A stretch of 64,000 nucleotides of DNA. Source: a candidate division WOR-3 bacterium. Its GTDB lineage: Bacteria > Hydrothermota > Hydrothermia > LBFQ01 > DSFT01. Positions 27,296 to 40,652 of this stretch are shown here, piece by piece. Location: the NCBI GenBank assembly GCA_025060695.1, contig JANXBH010000002.1, positions 82,996 to 146,995 of the forward strand, in the 5' to 3' direction. The position numbers were made by a program, and so were the translations under genes. Position 1 is the first letter of the stretch. Each line of letters starts with the position of its first letter. The notes under the pieces are model-generated. The model saw only the letters and a program-made list of their open reading frames with translations. It did not search any database and was not told the origin of the DNA.

Positions 27296-29029
27296 GTGGG
27301 GTTCGCTATAGGGACCATTGGTCCCTTTTTACTAAGTATTTCTGACTATTACTATTTTTCAAGAGCATTAAGTCATTATGGATTAAATTTTTCTGACTTA
27401 GGATATTTTAAAGATATTTCTGTTGAAACCAATTTAAAACCCCTTGGCTTTTTAAATTTCCTAAAAAGTCCCTTTAAAATTGATACGTTTGGTTATAAAA
27501 TATTAAGCAATATTCCTATCATAACTCTTGAAACTATTATAAATGAGTATTATGACATTAAGCTAATCGGACCTTATTCCATTGTATTTGATTTGAATGA
27601 TACGCTCTTTAATGAATTTGAAATGAATATTAAATATCATCTTCAAAAAATTTTAAAAACTGCAGAAATATATTCTTTTTACATGGAACACTCAAACATA
27701 ACCTTAGATGAGATTGAAACTTTGTTAAAATTTGCAAAAGAGAATATAATGGAAGATAGTTCTAATATATCGAAAGACAGTGTCGTAAGTTATTTAAAAA
27801 AAATAAATTTTAGGGATTTTTTTTATGCACATTTGACACTATTAAATACATTTCTTGAGCTAAGAGACGTAATAAAGGTATTAAAGGGAAAAAGTATAAA
27901 TTTGGTATATGAAACGCAGTTTGGAAAAGTTATAATTACTGATAGCCTTTTGCCTTCAGACAGCGATTTTATATATATAAATACAAGAGGAAGTCAAAAA
28001 TATAGTAAAATATGCAATAGTAATATTAGAATTTGTGCATTTTTTGACCTTGAGGGAAACGATATTTATAACTTCGATAGTTTTTCTGTTCATACCGAGT
28101 ATGGCTTAGTATTTTTCTATGAAGATGGAGGTGATGATATTTACAAATGTTTAGGATTTTGTCTTTCTTCTTCAATTTTAGGACTTAGTTATTTTGAGGA
28201 TAATAGTGGAAATGACTACTACGATAGTGGCAAGTTTTCAATTTCTGCAAGCTATTATGGAATTTCAGTATTTTTAGATAAAACGGGGGATGATATTTAT
28301 AGGGCTGTAAACTCATCTTTGGGTTTTAGTAGTATATGGGGAATTAGTGTATTTAAGGATGAAAGTGGAAATGATAGTTATTATCTTGGTAGATATTTTG
28401 AACATAAGCCACTTTGGAAAAACGAATATTTTGGCTTAGGTCTTGGTTTCTCCATAGGCATGAGAGAAGATATAGCTGGTGGTATTTCTGTTTTTGTAGA
28501 TTATGATGGAAATGACCTTTACAGCTGTGGGACATATTGTTTAGGCAGTGCATACTGGTATTCAACGGGAATATTTATAGATTTAAAGGGTAATGATAGG
28601 TATATTGGAGTTCAATATGGTATTGGTTCAGGCATTCATATTGGTATAGGTGGTTTTTTTGATTTAGAAGGAAATGATATATATATATTTAGAGCTGGAC
28701 CTTCTATTGGAAGTGCACATGATTTTGGAACGGGTTTTTTTTACGATAAACTTGGAGATGATATTTACTATGTTTCAGGCGGTATTGGAAATAGTATAGC
28801 AAACGGTCTTGGTATATTTATTGATTCTCATGGTAATGATATTTACAATTTTACTGAATTTAACCTAAGTTGCGGTGCAAGTCAAAAGTTAGATAAGCAA
28901 AGAGAATTTCTTGGACTTGGTATATTTATAGATAAAGAAGGTAATGATAGTTATCCAACAGTTTCTAAATGTAAAAATAATTCTACTTGGAAAGTTGGTG
29001 ATATTGGCATTGGTTTTGATGGTTTTTAA
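27296..29029 (+). CDS. tandem-repeat protein with about 11 copies of a 26-28 aa unit (F-x-D-x-x-G-[ND]-D-x-Y ...); true start probably downstream (about 27602 or 27629)
   Basis: the units 'FDLEGNDIY', 'DGGDDIY', 'SGNDYY', 'TGDDIY', 'SGNDSY', 'DGNDLY', 'KGNDRY', 'EGNDIY', 'LGDDIY', 'HGNDIY' and 'EGNDSY' recur at regular spacing; the GTG at 27296 is upstream of a terminator-like hairpin. Confidence 0.5.
   Translation: MGFAIGTIGPFLLSISDYYYFSRALSHYGLNFSDLGYFKDISVETNLKPLGFLNFLKSPFKIDTFGYKILSNIPIITLETIINEYYDIKLIGPYSIVFDLNDTLFNEFEMNIKYHLQKILKTAEIYSFYMEHSNITLDEIETLLKFAKENIMEDSSNISKDSVVSYLKKINFRDFFYAHLTLLNTFLELRDVIKVLKGKSINLVYETQFGKVIITDSLLPSDSDFIYINTRGSQKYSKICNSNIRICAFFDLEGNDIYNFDSFSVHTEYGLVFFYEDGGDDIYKCLGFCLSSSILGLSYFEDNSGNDYYDSGKFSISASYYGISVFLDKTGDDIYRAVNSSLGFSSIWGISVFKDESGNDSYYLGRYFEHKPLWKNEYFGLGLGFSIGMREDIAGGISVFVDYDGNDLYSCGTYCLGSAYWYSTGIFIDLKGNDRYIGVQYGIGSGIHIGIGGFFDLEGNDIYIFRAGPSIGSAHDFGTGFFYDKLGDDIYYVSGGIGNSIANGLGIFIDSHGNDIYNFTEFNLSCGASQKLDKQREFLGLGIFIDKEGNDSYPTVSKCKNNSTWKVGDIGIGFDGF
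27311..27330 (+). terminator. putative Rho-independent terminator (GGGACC-ATT-GGTCCC followed by TTTTT)
   Basis: perfect 6-bp stem, 3-nt loop and T5 tract, 68 nt after the 26920..27243 stop; it lies inside the longest-ORF version of the next gene. Confidence 0.5.
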
Positions 29030-29418
29030 ACCACTTTAATCCATACTTCTCTTTGTCTTGGTCCATCAAATTCACAAAATAAAATCCCTTGCCACCTTCC
29101 AAGCTTTATTTCTCCATTCTCTAATATAAGCATTATGCTTGAACCTATTAAACTTGATTTTATATGAGCATCCGCGTTCCCCTCCAAGTGTTTATAATTC
29201 CCATTTCTTGGAACAAGCTTATTTAGAAAGTCCAAAATATCTTCTTTAACAGAAGGGTCATAATTCTCATTTATAGTTATTCCCGCAGTAGTATGTGGAA
29301 CATATAGTATTAAAATTCCATCCTTTTTTTCTAATGTTTTTATAGAAGATGAAACTATGTCCGTAATATCAACAATTTGATATTTCTGATAAGTCTTTAT
29401 ATTAATCTTTAACATCAC
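29026..29418 (-). CDS. yjbQ: YjbQ/UPF0047 family protein (secondary thiamine-phosphate synthase-like)
   Basis: 'HTTAGITINEN' and 'EGNADAHIKSSL'. Confidence 0.7.
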   Translation of the reverse strand: MMLKINIKTYQKYQIVDITDIVSSSIKTLEKKDGILILYVPHTTAGITINENYDPSVKEDILDFLNKLVPRNGNYKHLEGNADAHIKSSLIGSSIMLILENGEIKLGRWQGILFCEFDGPRQREVWIKVV

Positions 29419-30313
29419 TAAATTTTAATGCTCTTTTAAAAAAGCTATATGCGTTATTGTAGAAGAAATTGTTTACATATTCATCAGGTAAATATTTTTT
29501 TAGCTCTAAGTATAGATTTTTTAAATCATTTGGCTTACTTAAATTTTCTATCTTATGCTCTTGTGAAATTCCATAAAAATCACTTCCTATACATAAGGTA
29601 TTTGGGTATTTTTCAATGAGTTTCGAAACATACTTTGCTATGTCTGTCAGTGTTGCTTTTGAGAGAAATATATCCGCAAACGCTATACCAACGATACCAT
29701 TTATCTTTGAAATTTCATAAATCATATCTTCACTAACATTTCTTTTTATATTAGAAATTTCTCTTATACCAGTATGCGATACGAAGATATTTTGTTTAAA
29801 GTTTTCTATTACATTGAAGAAAGTTCTATCGCTTGCATGCGAAAGGTCAATAGTCATATTTAAACTAATAGCTGTTTTGACTACATCATAGCCTAAATCA
29901 GTTAATCCATAGTCATTTTTACTATTCCAATGAGGACAAATTAAATTATCCTTATTCCAAACAAGCCCTAAAACTTTTATTCCAAGTCTATTCATTATCC
30001 TAACTTCATAAGTACTTCTTACAAAATAAAGTCCCTCAACTGCTAATATTATATTTCCTTCATCAAACTCCTCTATACCTTTAATAATTTTCAAATTGAA
30101 CTCTTTTTCTATTTCATATGCAATTTCAATACCTCTTAATGTATAAATTAGTGGCTCTTCCACGTCCAATATTTTATAAAAACCCCTAAAAGGGAATATA
30201 GCAAATACGAATTTATCTATATTTAAGTTCTTATATTCATTCAGAATACTTACGTTATTAGGATTGTCAATAATATAGTAAAGTAAGTCCTGATGCAAAT
30301 CAAAAACTTTCAT
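29402..30313 (-). CDS. membrane dipeptidase (peptidase M19)-like
   Basis: 'DLHQDL', 'DLSHAS', 'VSHTG' and 'GSDFYG' parallel the M19 motifs. Confidence 0.55.
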   Translation of the reverse strand: MKVFDLHQDLLYYIIDNPNNVSILNEYKNLNIDKFVFAIFPFRGFYKILDVEEPLIYTLRGIEIAYEIEKEFNLKIIKGIEEFDEGNIILAVEGLYFVRSTYEVRIMNRLGIKVLGLVWNKDNLICPHWNSKNDYGLTDLGYDVVKTAISLNMTIDLSHASDRTFFNVIENFKQNIFVSHTGIREISNIKRNVSEDMIYEISKINGIVGIAFADIFLSKATLTDIAKYVSKLIEKYPNTLCIGSDFYGISQEHKIENLSKPNDLKNLYLELKKYLPDEYVNNFFYNNAYSFFKRALKFSDVKD

Positions 30314-31188
30314 GAGGAAAGATTTTCATAAATCTGCACTATCTGAAATTTATTAAATATATAGCTCTTTCTGCAATACCTACATACAACCTCAATTTTA
30401 TTATTTAGTTCAAATTCCTTAAGCATTTCTTCTTTTGGAATAAACGAAATCGCATCTTTTATACTACTTTCATTACACCAGCATTTATAGTATGCATAAG
30501 TTTGGTTGATAAAATTCCAACTTTTTGTAATATTTGAAATTAAATCATATTCATCACTTTCTTCCTCTATTAGTTTCGTAATAGGCCCTATACTTTTTAT
30601 TCTTTTCTCAATATCCAACAATTCACTCTCACTTGTCCCCGGTCTTGCATATAGAAGAATACCTCCTGAGTTTTTTATAGAACCGTCTACATCCACTAAT
30701 ACTCCAAGTGATACCGCACACGGTAATTGTTCAGAACTATATAGAAAATAAGCTATATCCTCTGCAATTTCACCACTCACTATTTCTGAAATACTTTGAT
30801 ATATCTCATTTTCAAAATACCTATAAAAATAGATTAAACCACCACCTACTACATCACTAACTGGCAACTTTTTATCTTTAATTTCATAGTTTGGATTGGG
30901 ATTTCTTATGAAAGCCCTATAGTTCTGCTTCATATCTGTCTCAGTAGTAATTTCTGAAATTTCACCACTTGTTATAAATTGCATTACTAATCTTCTGACA
31001 TTGGTATAGCTAAATGCATTTGACAGTAAAACAAGTCCTGTCAATGCTCTCCCAAGCGCTGCGGAGGCAGGAGGATTCGTCTTGTGAATACTACAAGCTT
31101 CTTTAATTATATCTGTAGTTATAGTACTAACTATTATAAAGCTTCCATACTTAACTTTTAAAACTTTAGCCATAAATAGTGTATTCAA
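30310..31188 (-). CDS. hslO: redox-regulated chaperone Hsp33
   Basis: 'AALGRALTG' and C-terminal zinc centre 'CWC...CRYC'; the likely true start is the ATG at about 31173 (the TTG at 31188 overlaps the promoter motif). Confidence 0.8.
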   Translation of the reverse strand: MNTLFMAKVLKVKYGSFIIVSTITTDIIKEACSIHKTNPPASAALGRALTGLVLLSNAFSYTNVRRLVMQFITSGEISEITTETDMKQNYRAFIRNPNPNYEIKDKKLPVSDVVGGGLIYFYRYFENEIYQSISEIVSGEIAEDIAYFLYSSEQLPCAVSLGVLVDVDGSIKNSGGILLYARPGTSESELLDIEKRIKSIGPITKLIEEESDEYDLISNITKSWNFINQTYAYYKCWCNESSIKDAISFIPKEEMLKEFELNNKIEVVCRYCRKSYIFNKFQIVQIYENLSS

Positions 31189-31277
31189 ATTTTAAAGTAA
31201 TTCTTTACTTTTACACTATCTACCCCCCTCTTGATAATATCTTACCTTTGCCTTAAAATTTAAAACTGAGTGGAGGG

Positions 31278-33122
31278 ATGGAAAAAATGACCGACGTGAA
31301 ACTTGGTTCCTGGTACAGGGACCTTTTAAAGAAGTTAGAGAGTGGGGAAAAAGTAATTATTTTTGCACATGAAATATTATATAATGCCATAGTATCAAAA
31401 GGAGTTGAGAAAAGACCCGAAGGTTATCTAAAATACAAAGCATTTGAAAGTGAGATTTTTGGCATTGACTATATTCTTGATAGAATAATGCAATACTTTC
31501 ATGCTGCTGCACAAGGTCAAGATATAGCTAAAAGAATATTGCTACTGATAGGTCCTCCTGGTTCTGCAAAATCCACAATAGTAAATATGTTCAAAGTTAT
31601 ACTTGAAGAATGGACGCGAAAGAATCCTATTCCTGCAATTAAGGATTGTCCTGTTCATGACAATCCTCTATATGCAATACCATATAGTAAAAGACAAGAA
31701 CTAAGAAAGTATGGGATAAATGTAGGTGATGAACTATTACCTTGTCCTGTATGTCAAAAGAAATTACAAGAAATTGAATGGGAAGAACTTGAAATTCAAT
31801 ATATAAGCTTTTCAAGGACAAAAGGTATAGGCATTTCAACTTACGCACCTATGGACCCTAATACCGCAGATGACTCAGTATTAATTGGCAATATTTCACT
31901 TGCAAAACTTGCATATTATAAGGAAGAAACTGATCCAAGAGTTTGGAGTTATACGGGAGTTTTACAAATAGGAAATAGAGGAATAGTGGAATTTGTAGAG
32001 ATGTTAAAGGCAAAAACTGAACATCTAAATATATTACTTACTGCAAGTCAAGATAAAATGATAGTTTTAAAGAACTTACCTGCTATGTATCTTGATTTAA
32101 TAATAGTCGGACATACTAATCAACCGGAATATGAAAAATTTGCTTCAAGACCTGATACTGAAGCATTTAGAGATAGACTATATATAGTAAAAGTTCCATA
32201 TAATTTAGACTACAGGTCGGAAATAAAAATCTTAAGAAAATTGGTTCATCCTTCTATACCAGTTGACCCACTCGTGTATATTACACTTGCATACTACACA
32301 GTAGCAACAAGATTAGTAAAATATGCAGAAGATTTAAATACACTTAAAAAGTTAATAGAACTAATGGATCAGGAAAACAATTCAGAAGAGGCACTTAAAA
32401 TAAGGAAAAAAGCTATACAAGAAGAATGGGGGTTTTCAGGACTTTCACCGAGAAAAAGTGCTGAATTGCTTTCAACCCTAATGGTAAAATATCCAGAAGG
32501 CTTATCAGTTGTTGATGTGATGGAGGGAATAAAAAATGAGTTTGTAAATTCTCCTAAATATAAAAATAATCCTGAAAATAAGCAAGCATACGATGCAGTA
32601 ATAAGTTATGTAGATGAACAACTTTCAAACTACGTAATGGAGGCTTTTCTTGGAACTTCAATAGAAGAGGAAGTTAAAAGCTACTTTCAAAACTATCTAA
32701 AGAACTTAGAAGCATACGTTAAGAAAAAGAAAATAGTTGATCCTGCAACAAATGAAGAAAGAGAACCTGATGAAAATATATTACAAGTTGTAGACTCATC
32801 ACTAAACCAAATATCTACATTTGAAAGAAGAAAAGAATTATATGAAAGAATTGCAAGTGTAATAGCAAGTTCAGTAATAAGAGGAAAAACATTTGAACTA
32901 AAGGACGAACTTCCTGAGCTATATGAAGCGATTAAGAGAGTATTCTTTAAAGAGAAAATTAAACTTGTGGGAGGTTCAATAGACGTAGATATGCCACTTC
33001 CTGAAACTAAGGGTATAGTAAGGGATATGATTGAAAACTTGAAAAAAGTTGGATTTCCTGAGAGGTCGGCAAAACTTGTAATAAAGAGACTTGAGCATAT
33101 GTTTAGAAAAGAAAGAAAGTGA
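31278..33122 (+). CDS. prkA: PrkA family serine protein kinase (AAA+)
   Basis: 'LLLIGPPGSAKSTIV'; 614 aa with PrkA-like collinearity. Confidence 0.8.
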   Translation: MEKMTDVKLGSWYRDLLKKLESGEKVIIFAHEILYNAIVSKGVEKRPEGYLKYKAFESEIFGIDYILDRIMQYFHAAAQGQDIAKRILLLIGPPGSAKSTIVNMFKVILEEWTRKNPIPAIKDCPVHDNPLYAIPYSKRQELRKYGINVGDELLPCPVCQKKLQEIEWEELEIQYISFSRTKGIGISTYAPMDPNTADDSVLIGNISLAKLAYYKEETDPRVWSYTGVLQIGNRGIVEFVEMLKAKTEHLNILLTASQDKMIVLKNLPAMYLDLIIVGHTNQPEYEKFASRPDTEAFRDRLYIVKVPYNLDYRSEIKILRKLVHPSIPVDPLVYITLAYYTVATRLVKYAEDLNTLKKLIELMDQENNSEEALKIRKKAIQEEWGFSGLSPRKSAELLSTLMVKYPEGLSVVDVMEGIKNEFVNSPKYKNNPENKQAYDAVISYVDEQLSNYVMEAFLGTSIEEEVKSYFQNYLKNLEAYVKKKKIVDPATNEEREPDENILQVVDSSLNQISTFERRKELYERIASVIASSVIRGKTFELKDELPELYEAIKRVFFKEKIKLVGGSIDVDMPLPETKGIVRDMIENLKKVGFPERSAKLVIKRLEHMFRKERK

Positions 33123-33499
33123 TAAAAAGCCTTGTTTTCTTAATTTTAACCTTTTCTTGCATCCCAAAATACAAGAATTTTAAAGTAATTCAAAAAGGAG
33201 AAATTAAAGTTTCTATTCTCACAGAAACAGGAAATATAAAAGTAGGAAACAATAAATTTCAAATAGTTGTAGAACCTAAAGAAAATATTATAAAAGAGGT
33301 TTTTTTATATATGCCACCTACGAATAGTAGCGATGAAAGTAGAATAGTCGCAAAATTTGAATATAAAAACTATGGAATTTACGAAGGTTCTATAGATGTA
33401 AATAAAAAGGGTATTTGGGATCTTGTAATTATATTAAACGATGGCTCAAGTATATCGGAAAACATTGCCATAGGCATGCATGATGAATTTGGCTTTTAG
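33119..33499 (+). CDS. hypothetical lipoprotein
   Basis: lipobox 'FSC'; coupled to prkA. Confidence 0.35.
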   Translation: MIKSLVFLILTFSCIPKYKNFKVIQKGEIKVSILTETGNIKVGNNKFQIVVEPKENIIKEVFLYMPPTNSSDESRIVAKFEYKNYGIYEGSIDVNKKGIWDLVIILNDGSSISENIAIGMHDEFGF

Positions 33500-34079
33500 T
33501 CTTACTATTGAATTAGAAAATGCAATGTATCAAAATAGTAAAAACTTCTTTTTAATTGAAAAAAATGATAGTATTGTAAATCTTTTTATAAAAAATTTCA
33601 CAAGAACATATAAAAAACCGTCTATACCTACCCTTATTGAAATCAGAGATTCTATATATAAACTAAACCAAAATCAGAAAACATATGCTAAACTAAGTGA
33701 TACCCTTAAGATACAGGATATAGCAAAGTCTATTTCTAATCAAAAATTACACGATATTCATATAATTTACTTGCTTTCATACATAAGCTATAACTTCAAT
33801 TTAAATTTTGACGTTTATTGTGTAGTAAAGTATAGCAAGACTTTTAAAGATGCTATGCTGTTTGATTTAACATTACTTTATGGAAACTCAATGTATGGAT
33901 GTTATCCTCTGCTTGTAATTGATAATTATCATATTATTGGTCCGAGAAAAATTTATGTATTAAATAGAGTTTCTGATTTTGAGAGATTTCCTGATGAACT
34001 ATTTTCGAAAGAAATTCCGGAGTTAAATGCTCAAATGAAAGGATATAAAGTAAAACTTATTAAGGGAAACAAAAATTAA
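33480..34079 (+). CDS. hypothetical protein
   Basis: ORF only. Confidence 0.3.
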   Translation: MMNLAFSLTIELENAMYQNSKNFFLIEKNDSIVNLFIKNFTRTYKKPSIPTLIEIRDSIYKLNQNQKTYAKLSDTLKIQDIAKSISNQKLHDIHIIYLLSYISYNFNLNFDVYCVVKYSKTFKDAMLFDLTLLYGNSMYGCYPLLVIDNYHIIGPRKIYVLNRVSDFERFPDELFSKEIPELNAQMKGYKVKLIKGNKN

Positions 34080-34091
34080 CTTTAAAATTTT
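34080..34091 (+). promoter_or_regulatory. CTTTAAAATTTT element 3 nt upstream of the pncA ATG
   Basis: exact 12-mer. Confidence 0.5.
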
Positions 34092-34094
34092 TAC

Positions 34095-37370
<3,276 letters not shown>

Positions 37371-38723
37371 TTACTGATAAATCTTTATATACATATCTTT
37401 TTTGTGCTTTTCGTAGATTTCTGAAATTTTTTCCTCTATTTTCTTATTAGTTAATAATAACTTGATTTGCTCTCTTACTTCATCGTAAGTGGTAATTTTC
37501 TCAGGTATAAACTCCTTTACTCTTAAAATTGCATAAAATCCATCTTTATATATTGGTCCTATTATGGAATTTTGCTTCGCGTCTTTAAAATAGGGTTTAA
37601 AATCGTTTGGAAGTGCATCTTCTGGGATATAACCAATGTCCAATGGTGCTACTGAATATTCCCTCGCTATTTTCTCAAAGTCGCTCTTTGCACCTTCTAA
37701 TATGGAAATTACTTTTTCCCTTGCATTTTCAATATCCTTACTTGAAGGCCTTACTTTTACTAAAATATGACTAATTTTAATAGAGTCAGCAATTCTATCT
37801 TCAATTTTGAATATATTATATCCCAGTGGAGTTCTTATTGGTCTTGTATAAGAATTTTTAGGTTGTGAAAAAAGTTCAATTATAATATCTTGACTTAAGA
37901 ACTGACTTAAATAGTCTCTCTTTACCCATCCAATTTGAACTATACTATCATCAGATAGTGTTTTTGCAAGTTTATTAAAATTTTCACCTTTCTGAAGTCT
38001 TTTGTATATACTTTTAATTTTATCATATGCCTTTTCTTCTTGCTCAAATGAAACTTGAACTGGAATAATAATTTGTTGTAAATAATAAATATTGGGCTGT
38101 CTTGGAAACGAGTCTTTATGCGTTTGATAAAACTCCCTTATCTCGTTTTCAGTTACACTAATATATGGAGATATATACTTTGAAATATACTTCTGGATTA
38201 AAATCTGCTTGCTTATAAAACTTCTTTGGCTTTCAATAAATTCAGTTATTGTCATTTTGCTATTTTTTAGCTCTTGTTCAAATACATTCCTTCCAATTAT
38301 CAAAAATACTTTGTTTGCAAGTTCAGGGTCAGAAAAGTTAATTAGGCTATCAGGTATATTAAAATCTCTCAGTATTCTCCTTAATGCAGTTGTATCATTT
38401 GGATTTATTCCCTCATCCTGTATCTTTCTAAAAACCTCAATTCTACCATACTGAAAATAAATATTATTTATGTAAGTCTTTGAGAAGTTTTGAAATTCAT
38501 CTTCTGATATATTTAAGGTTGTATCAATTTTTGCAAGTGCTAAAATCACCCTTTGTTTAATAAGATTTTCCAAAATTGCCCTTTTTATAGAGTCGTTTTC
38601 AGTAAGTGTAGTCGCCCTATAAAGCTCTTCTAATTCTGAATAAAATATAGGTTCATCATTTACAACAGCAATAACTTTATCAATTAGTTTTAAGGTATCA
38701 GAAAATAGAAATATAAATAACAT
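37371..38723 (-). CDS. SurA-like periplasmic chaperone / parvulin PPIase
   Basis: SurA N-terminal-like domain followed by a parvulin domain ('ISHILVK'). Confidence 0.6.
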   Translation of the reverse strand: MLFIFLFSDTLKLIDKVIAVVNDEPIFYSELEELYRATTLTENDSIKRAILENLIKQRVILALAKIDTTLNISEDEFQNFSKTYINNIYFQYGRIEVFRKIQDEGINPNDTTALRRILRDFNIPDSLINFSDPELANKVFLIIGRNVFEQELKNSKMTITEFIESQRSFISKQILIQKYISKYISPYISVTENEIREFYQTHKDSFPRQPNIYYLQQIIIPVQVSFEQEEKAYDKIKSIYKRLQKGENFNKLAKTLSDDSIVQIGWVKRDYLSQFLSQDIIIELFSQPKNSYTRPIRTPLGYNIFKIEDRIADSIKISHILVKVRPSSKDIENAREKVISILEGAKSDFEKIAREYSVAPLDIGYIPEDALPNDFKPYFKDAKQNSIIGPIYKDGFYAILRVKEFIPEKITTYDEVREQIKLLLTNKKIEEKISEIYEKHKKDMYIKIYQ

Positions 38724-39368
38724 CTATTGTTCCTTCTTTTTCCAGTCTTCTAAGAACTTTTCAATACCAATGTCAGTTAAAGGATGTTTTATCATTTGAT
38801 GAAAAACATTTGGTGGAATAGTTGCTATATGTGCTCCGTATAGTGCTGAAAGCAAAACATGTCTTGGATTTCTAATACTTGCTGCAATTACCTCAGTTTC
38901 AATATCATGTATAGTAAATATCTCTACTATCTCTTTAACAATAGAAAGACCATCATGACCTATATCATCAAGTCTTCCAACAAACGGGGACACATATCTT
39001 GAACCCACTCTTGCGGCAACCAATGCTTGAATAGGATTAAAAATCAGTGTAGTATTTACTAAAATGCCTTTTTCAGAAAGATACTTAATAGCCTTTATAC
39101 CGTCTTCTGTAAATGGAATTTTTACTACTATGTTTGGATGTATATCAGCAAGTCTTTGAGCTTCTTCTATCATTTCATTAAATTCAAGTGAGGTTACTTC
39201 AGCGGAAACAGGACCTTTCACAATTTCACATATTTGTTTTAATACTTCATAAGGTTTACCTTTCTCTTTAGAAAGTAATGAAGGATTAGTTGTAACACCA
39301 CTAATTATACCCCATTCATTTAACTTCTTTATTTCATCAATATTTGCACTATCTACAAAGAATTTCAT
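38724..39368 (-). CDS. tal: transaldolase / fructose-6-phosphate aldolase
   Basis: '[15 protein letters not shown]', 'GVTTNPSL' and 'KIP'. Confidence 0.85.
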   Translation of the reverse strand: MKFFVDSANIDEIKKLNEWGIISGVTTNPSLLSKEKGKPYEVLKQICEIVKGPVSAEVTSLEFNEMIEEAQRLADIHPNIVVKIPFTEDGIKAIKYLSEKGILVNTTLIFNPIQALVAARVGSRYVSPFVGRLDDIGHDGLSIVKEIVEIFTIHDIETEVIAASIRNPRHVLLSALYGAHIATIPPNVFHQMIKHPLTDIGIEKFLEDWKKKEQ

Positions 39369-39374
39369 AGTTTG

Positions 39375-39386
39375 AAAATTTTAAAG
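39375..39386 (-). promoter_or_regulatory. CTTTAAAATTTT element 6 nt upstream of the tal ATG
   Basis: exact 12-mer on the gene strand. Confidence 0.5.
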
Positions 39387-39390
39387 TGTT

Positions 39391-39759
39391 TTAGTAAATA
39401 TCTATTGGCAAATTCTTATCTTTCCAATCCTGTAAGCTTCCCTTATAGTGCTTTACATTATAACCTAATGCTTTTAAAATCTCATATGCTTTTGAAGATA
39501 GAATACCTTTTTGACAATATACAACAATTGTATCTTCCTTATTTATTTTTATATTACCTCTTACAAACTCTTCTCTTAGTCTATCCATTGGAATGTTATA
39601 TTTCGTGCCGGGTATATGTCCTTTTTCAAACTCTTGATTACTCCTCACATCTATTAAGATAATGTTTGGATTATCTTTATTTTTTAGAATATAGTCCGCA
39701 TCTACTACATCTTGATTATAATTACACGATAAAACAAATAGAATTATCAGTCTTTTCAT
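39391..39759 (-). CDS. rhodanese-domain lipoprotein
   Basis: signal peptide with lipobox 'LSC' and a rhodanese active-site Cys in 'VYCQKG'. Confidence 0.65.
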   Translation of the reverse strand: MKRLIILFVLSCNYNQDVVDADYILKNKDNPNIILIDVRSNQEFEKGHIPGTKYNIPMDRLREEFVRGNIKINKEDTIVVYCQKGILSSKAYEILKALGYNVKHYKGSLQDWKDKNLPIDIY

Positions 39760-40652
39760 TTTCTAAAAAGGTTTTTAAGTAAAAATATTACATTTGCAGG
39801 TCTTTCAGCAAGTCTTCTCATAAAGTATGGATACCATTGACTACCATATGGAAGATAAATTCCACAATTATATCCTTCATCTTTTAGTCTTAAGAGGAGC
39901 TCAAATTTTATTCCATATAACATCTGAAATTCAAACTTAGTTTTATCTATATTCAAATTTTTAACATGATTTATTATTTTCTCATCATGAGTAGCAATTA
40001 AAGTATATTGAGTATTCTTTAGCAAAATTTCCGCAATTTCAATAAATTTTCTATCTACCTCCTTTTTACTTTCATACGCTATTTCCCTTGGTTCTTTGTA
40101 TGCACCTTTTACTAATCTAATAATGGGATTGTATTTTATAAGCTCATTAACATCCTCAATACTTCTTTTTAAATAAGATTGTATTGCAAGGGCTATTTTC
40201 TTGGTAGGATAATCAGTTTTAATTTTTTTGTAAATTTCAATTGTTGCATCTACGTAATTTGAACTTTCCATGTCAATTTCAATAAAATTAGAAACTTCTA
40301 CAAGTTGTCTTAAATAGTCATAAGTTAAATTTTTGTCAATATCAAGACCAATACTTGTTAGCTTAACTGATATAGAATTATTCCCACTTATATATGAGAG
40401 TATATTTTTATATTCCAAGAAAGTATTTTCTACTTCTTGTTTGTCTATTACACTTTCTCCCAAGTAATCAATAGTAATTCTTATACCTCTTTGATTTAAA
40501 TTTTCCAAAACCTTTAGTGCGTCCTCCAAGTTATAACCTGCTATGAACCTGTTTACAAGTGGTTTTGTGATTCTTGAACTTACTATGAACTTTTCAAAAT
40601 TTCTATTTTTTGAAAGATAGAAAAATAAATTTTTAAAAACTCCATTAAGCAT
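39756..40652 (-). CDS. proline dehydrogenase
   Basis: 'RFIAGYNLEDALKV' and 'IDYLGE', like monofunctional PRODH. Confidence 0.6.
   Translation of the reverse strand: MLNGVFKNLFFYLSKNRNFEKFIVSSRITKPLVNRFIAGYNLEDALKVLENLNQRGIRITIDYLGESVIDKQEVENTFLEYKNILSYISGNNSISVKLTSIGLDIDKNLTYDYLRQLVEVSNFIEIDMESSNYVDATIEIYKKIKTDYPTKKIALAIQSYLKRSIEDVNELIKYNPIIRLVKGAYKEPREIAYESKKEVDRKFIEIAEILLKNTQYTLIATHDEKIINHVKNLNIDKTKFEFQMLYGIKFELLLRLKDEGYNCGIYLPYGSQWYPYFMRRLAERPANVIFLLKNLFRK

Noticed and set aside
27311-27330. Hairpin GGGACCATTGGTCCC as part of coding sequence (encoding 'GTIGP')
   Set aside because: Possible, but a perfect stem plus T5 exactly 68 nt after an upstream stop favours a terminator; the decision is left open with the CDS start flagged as uncertain
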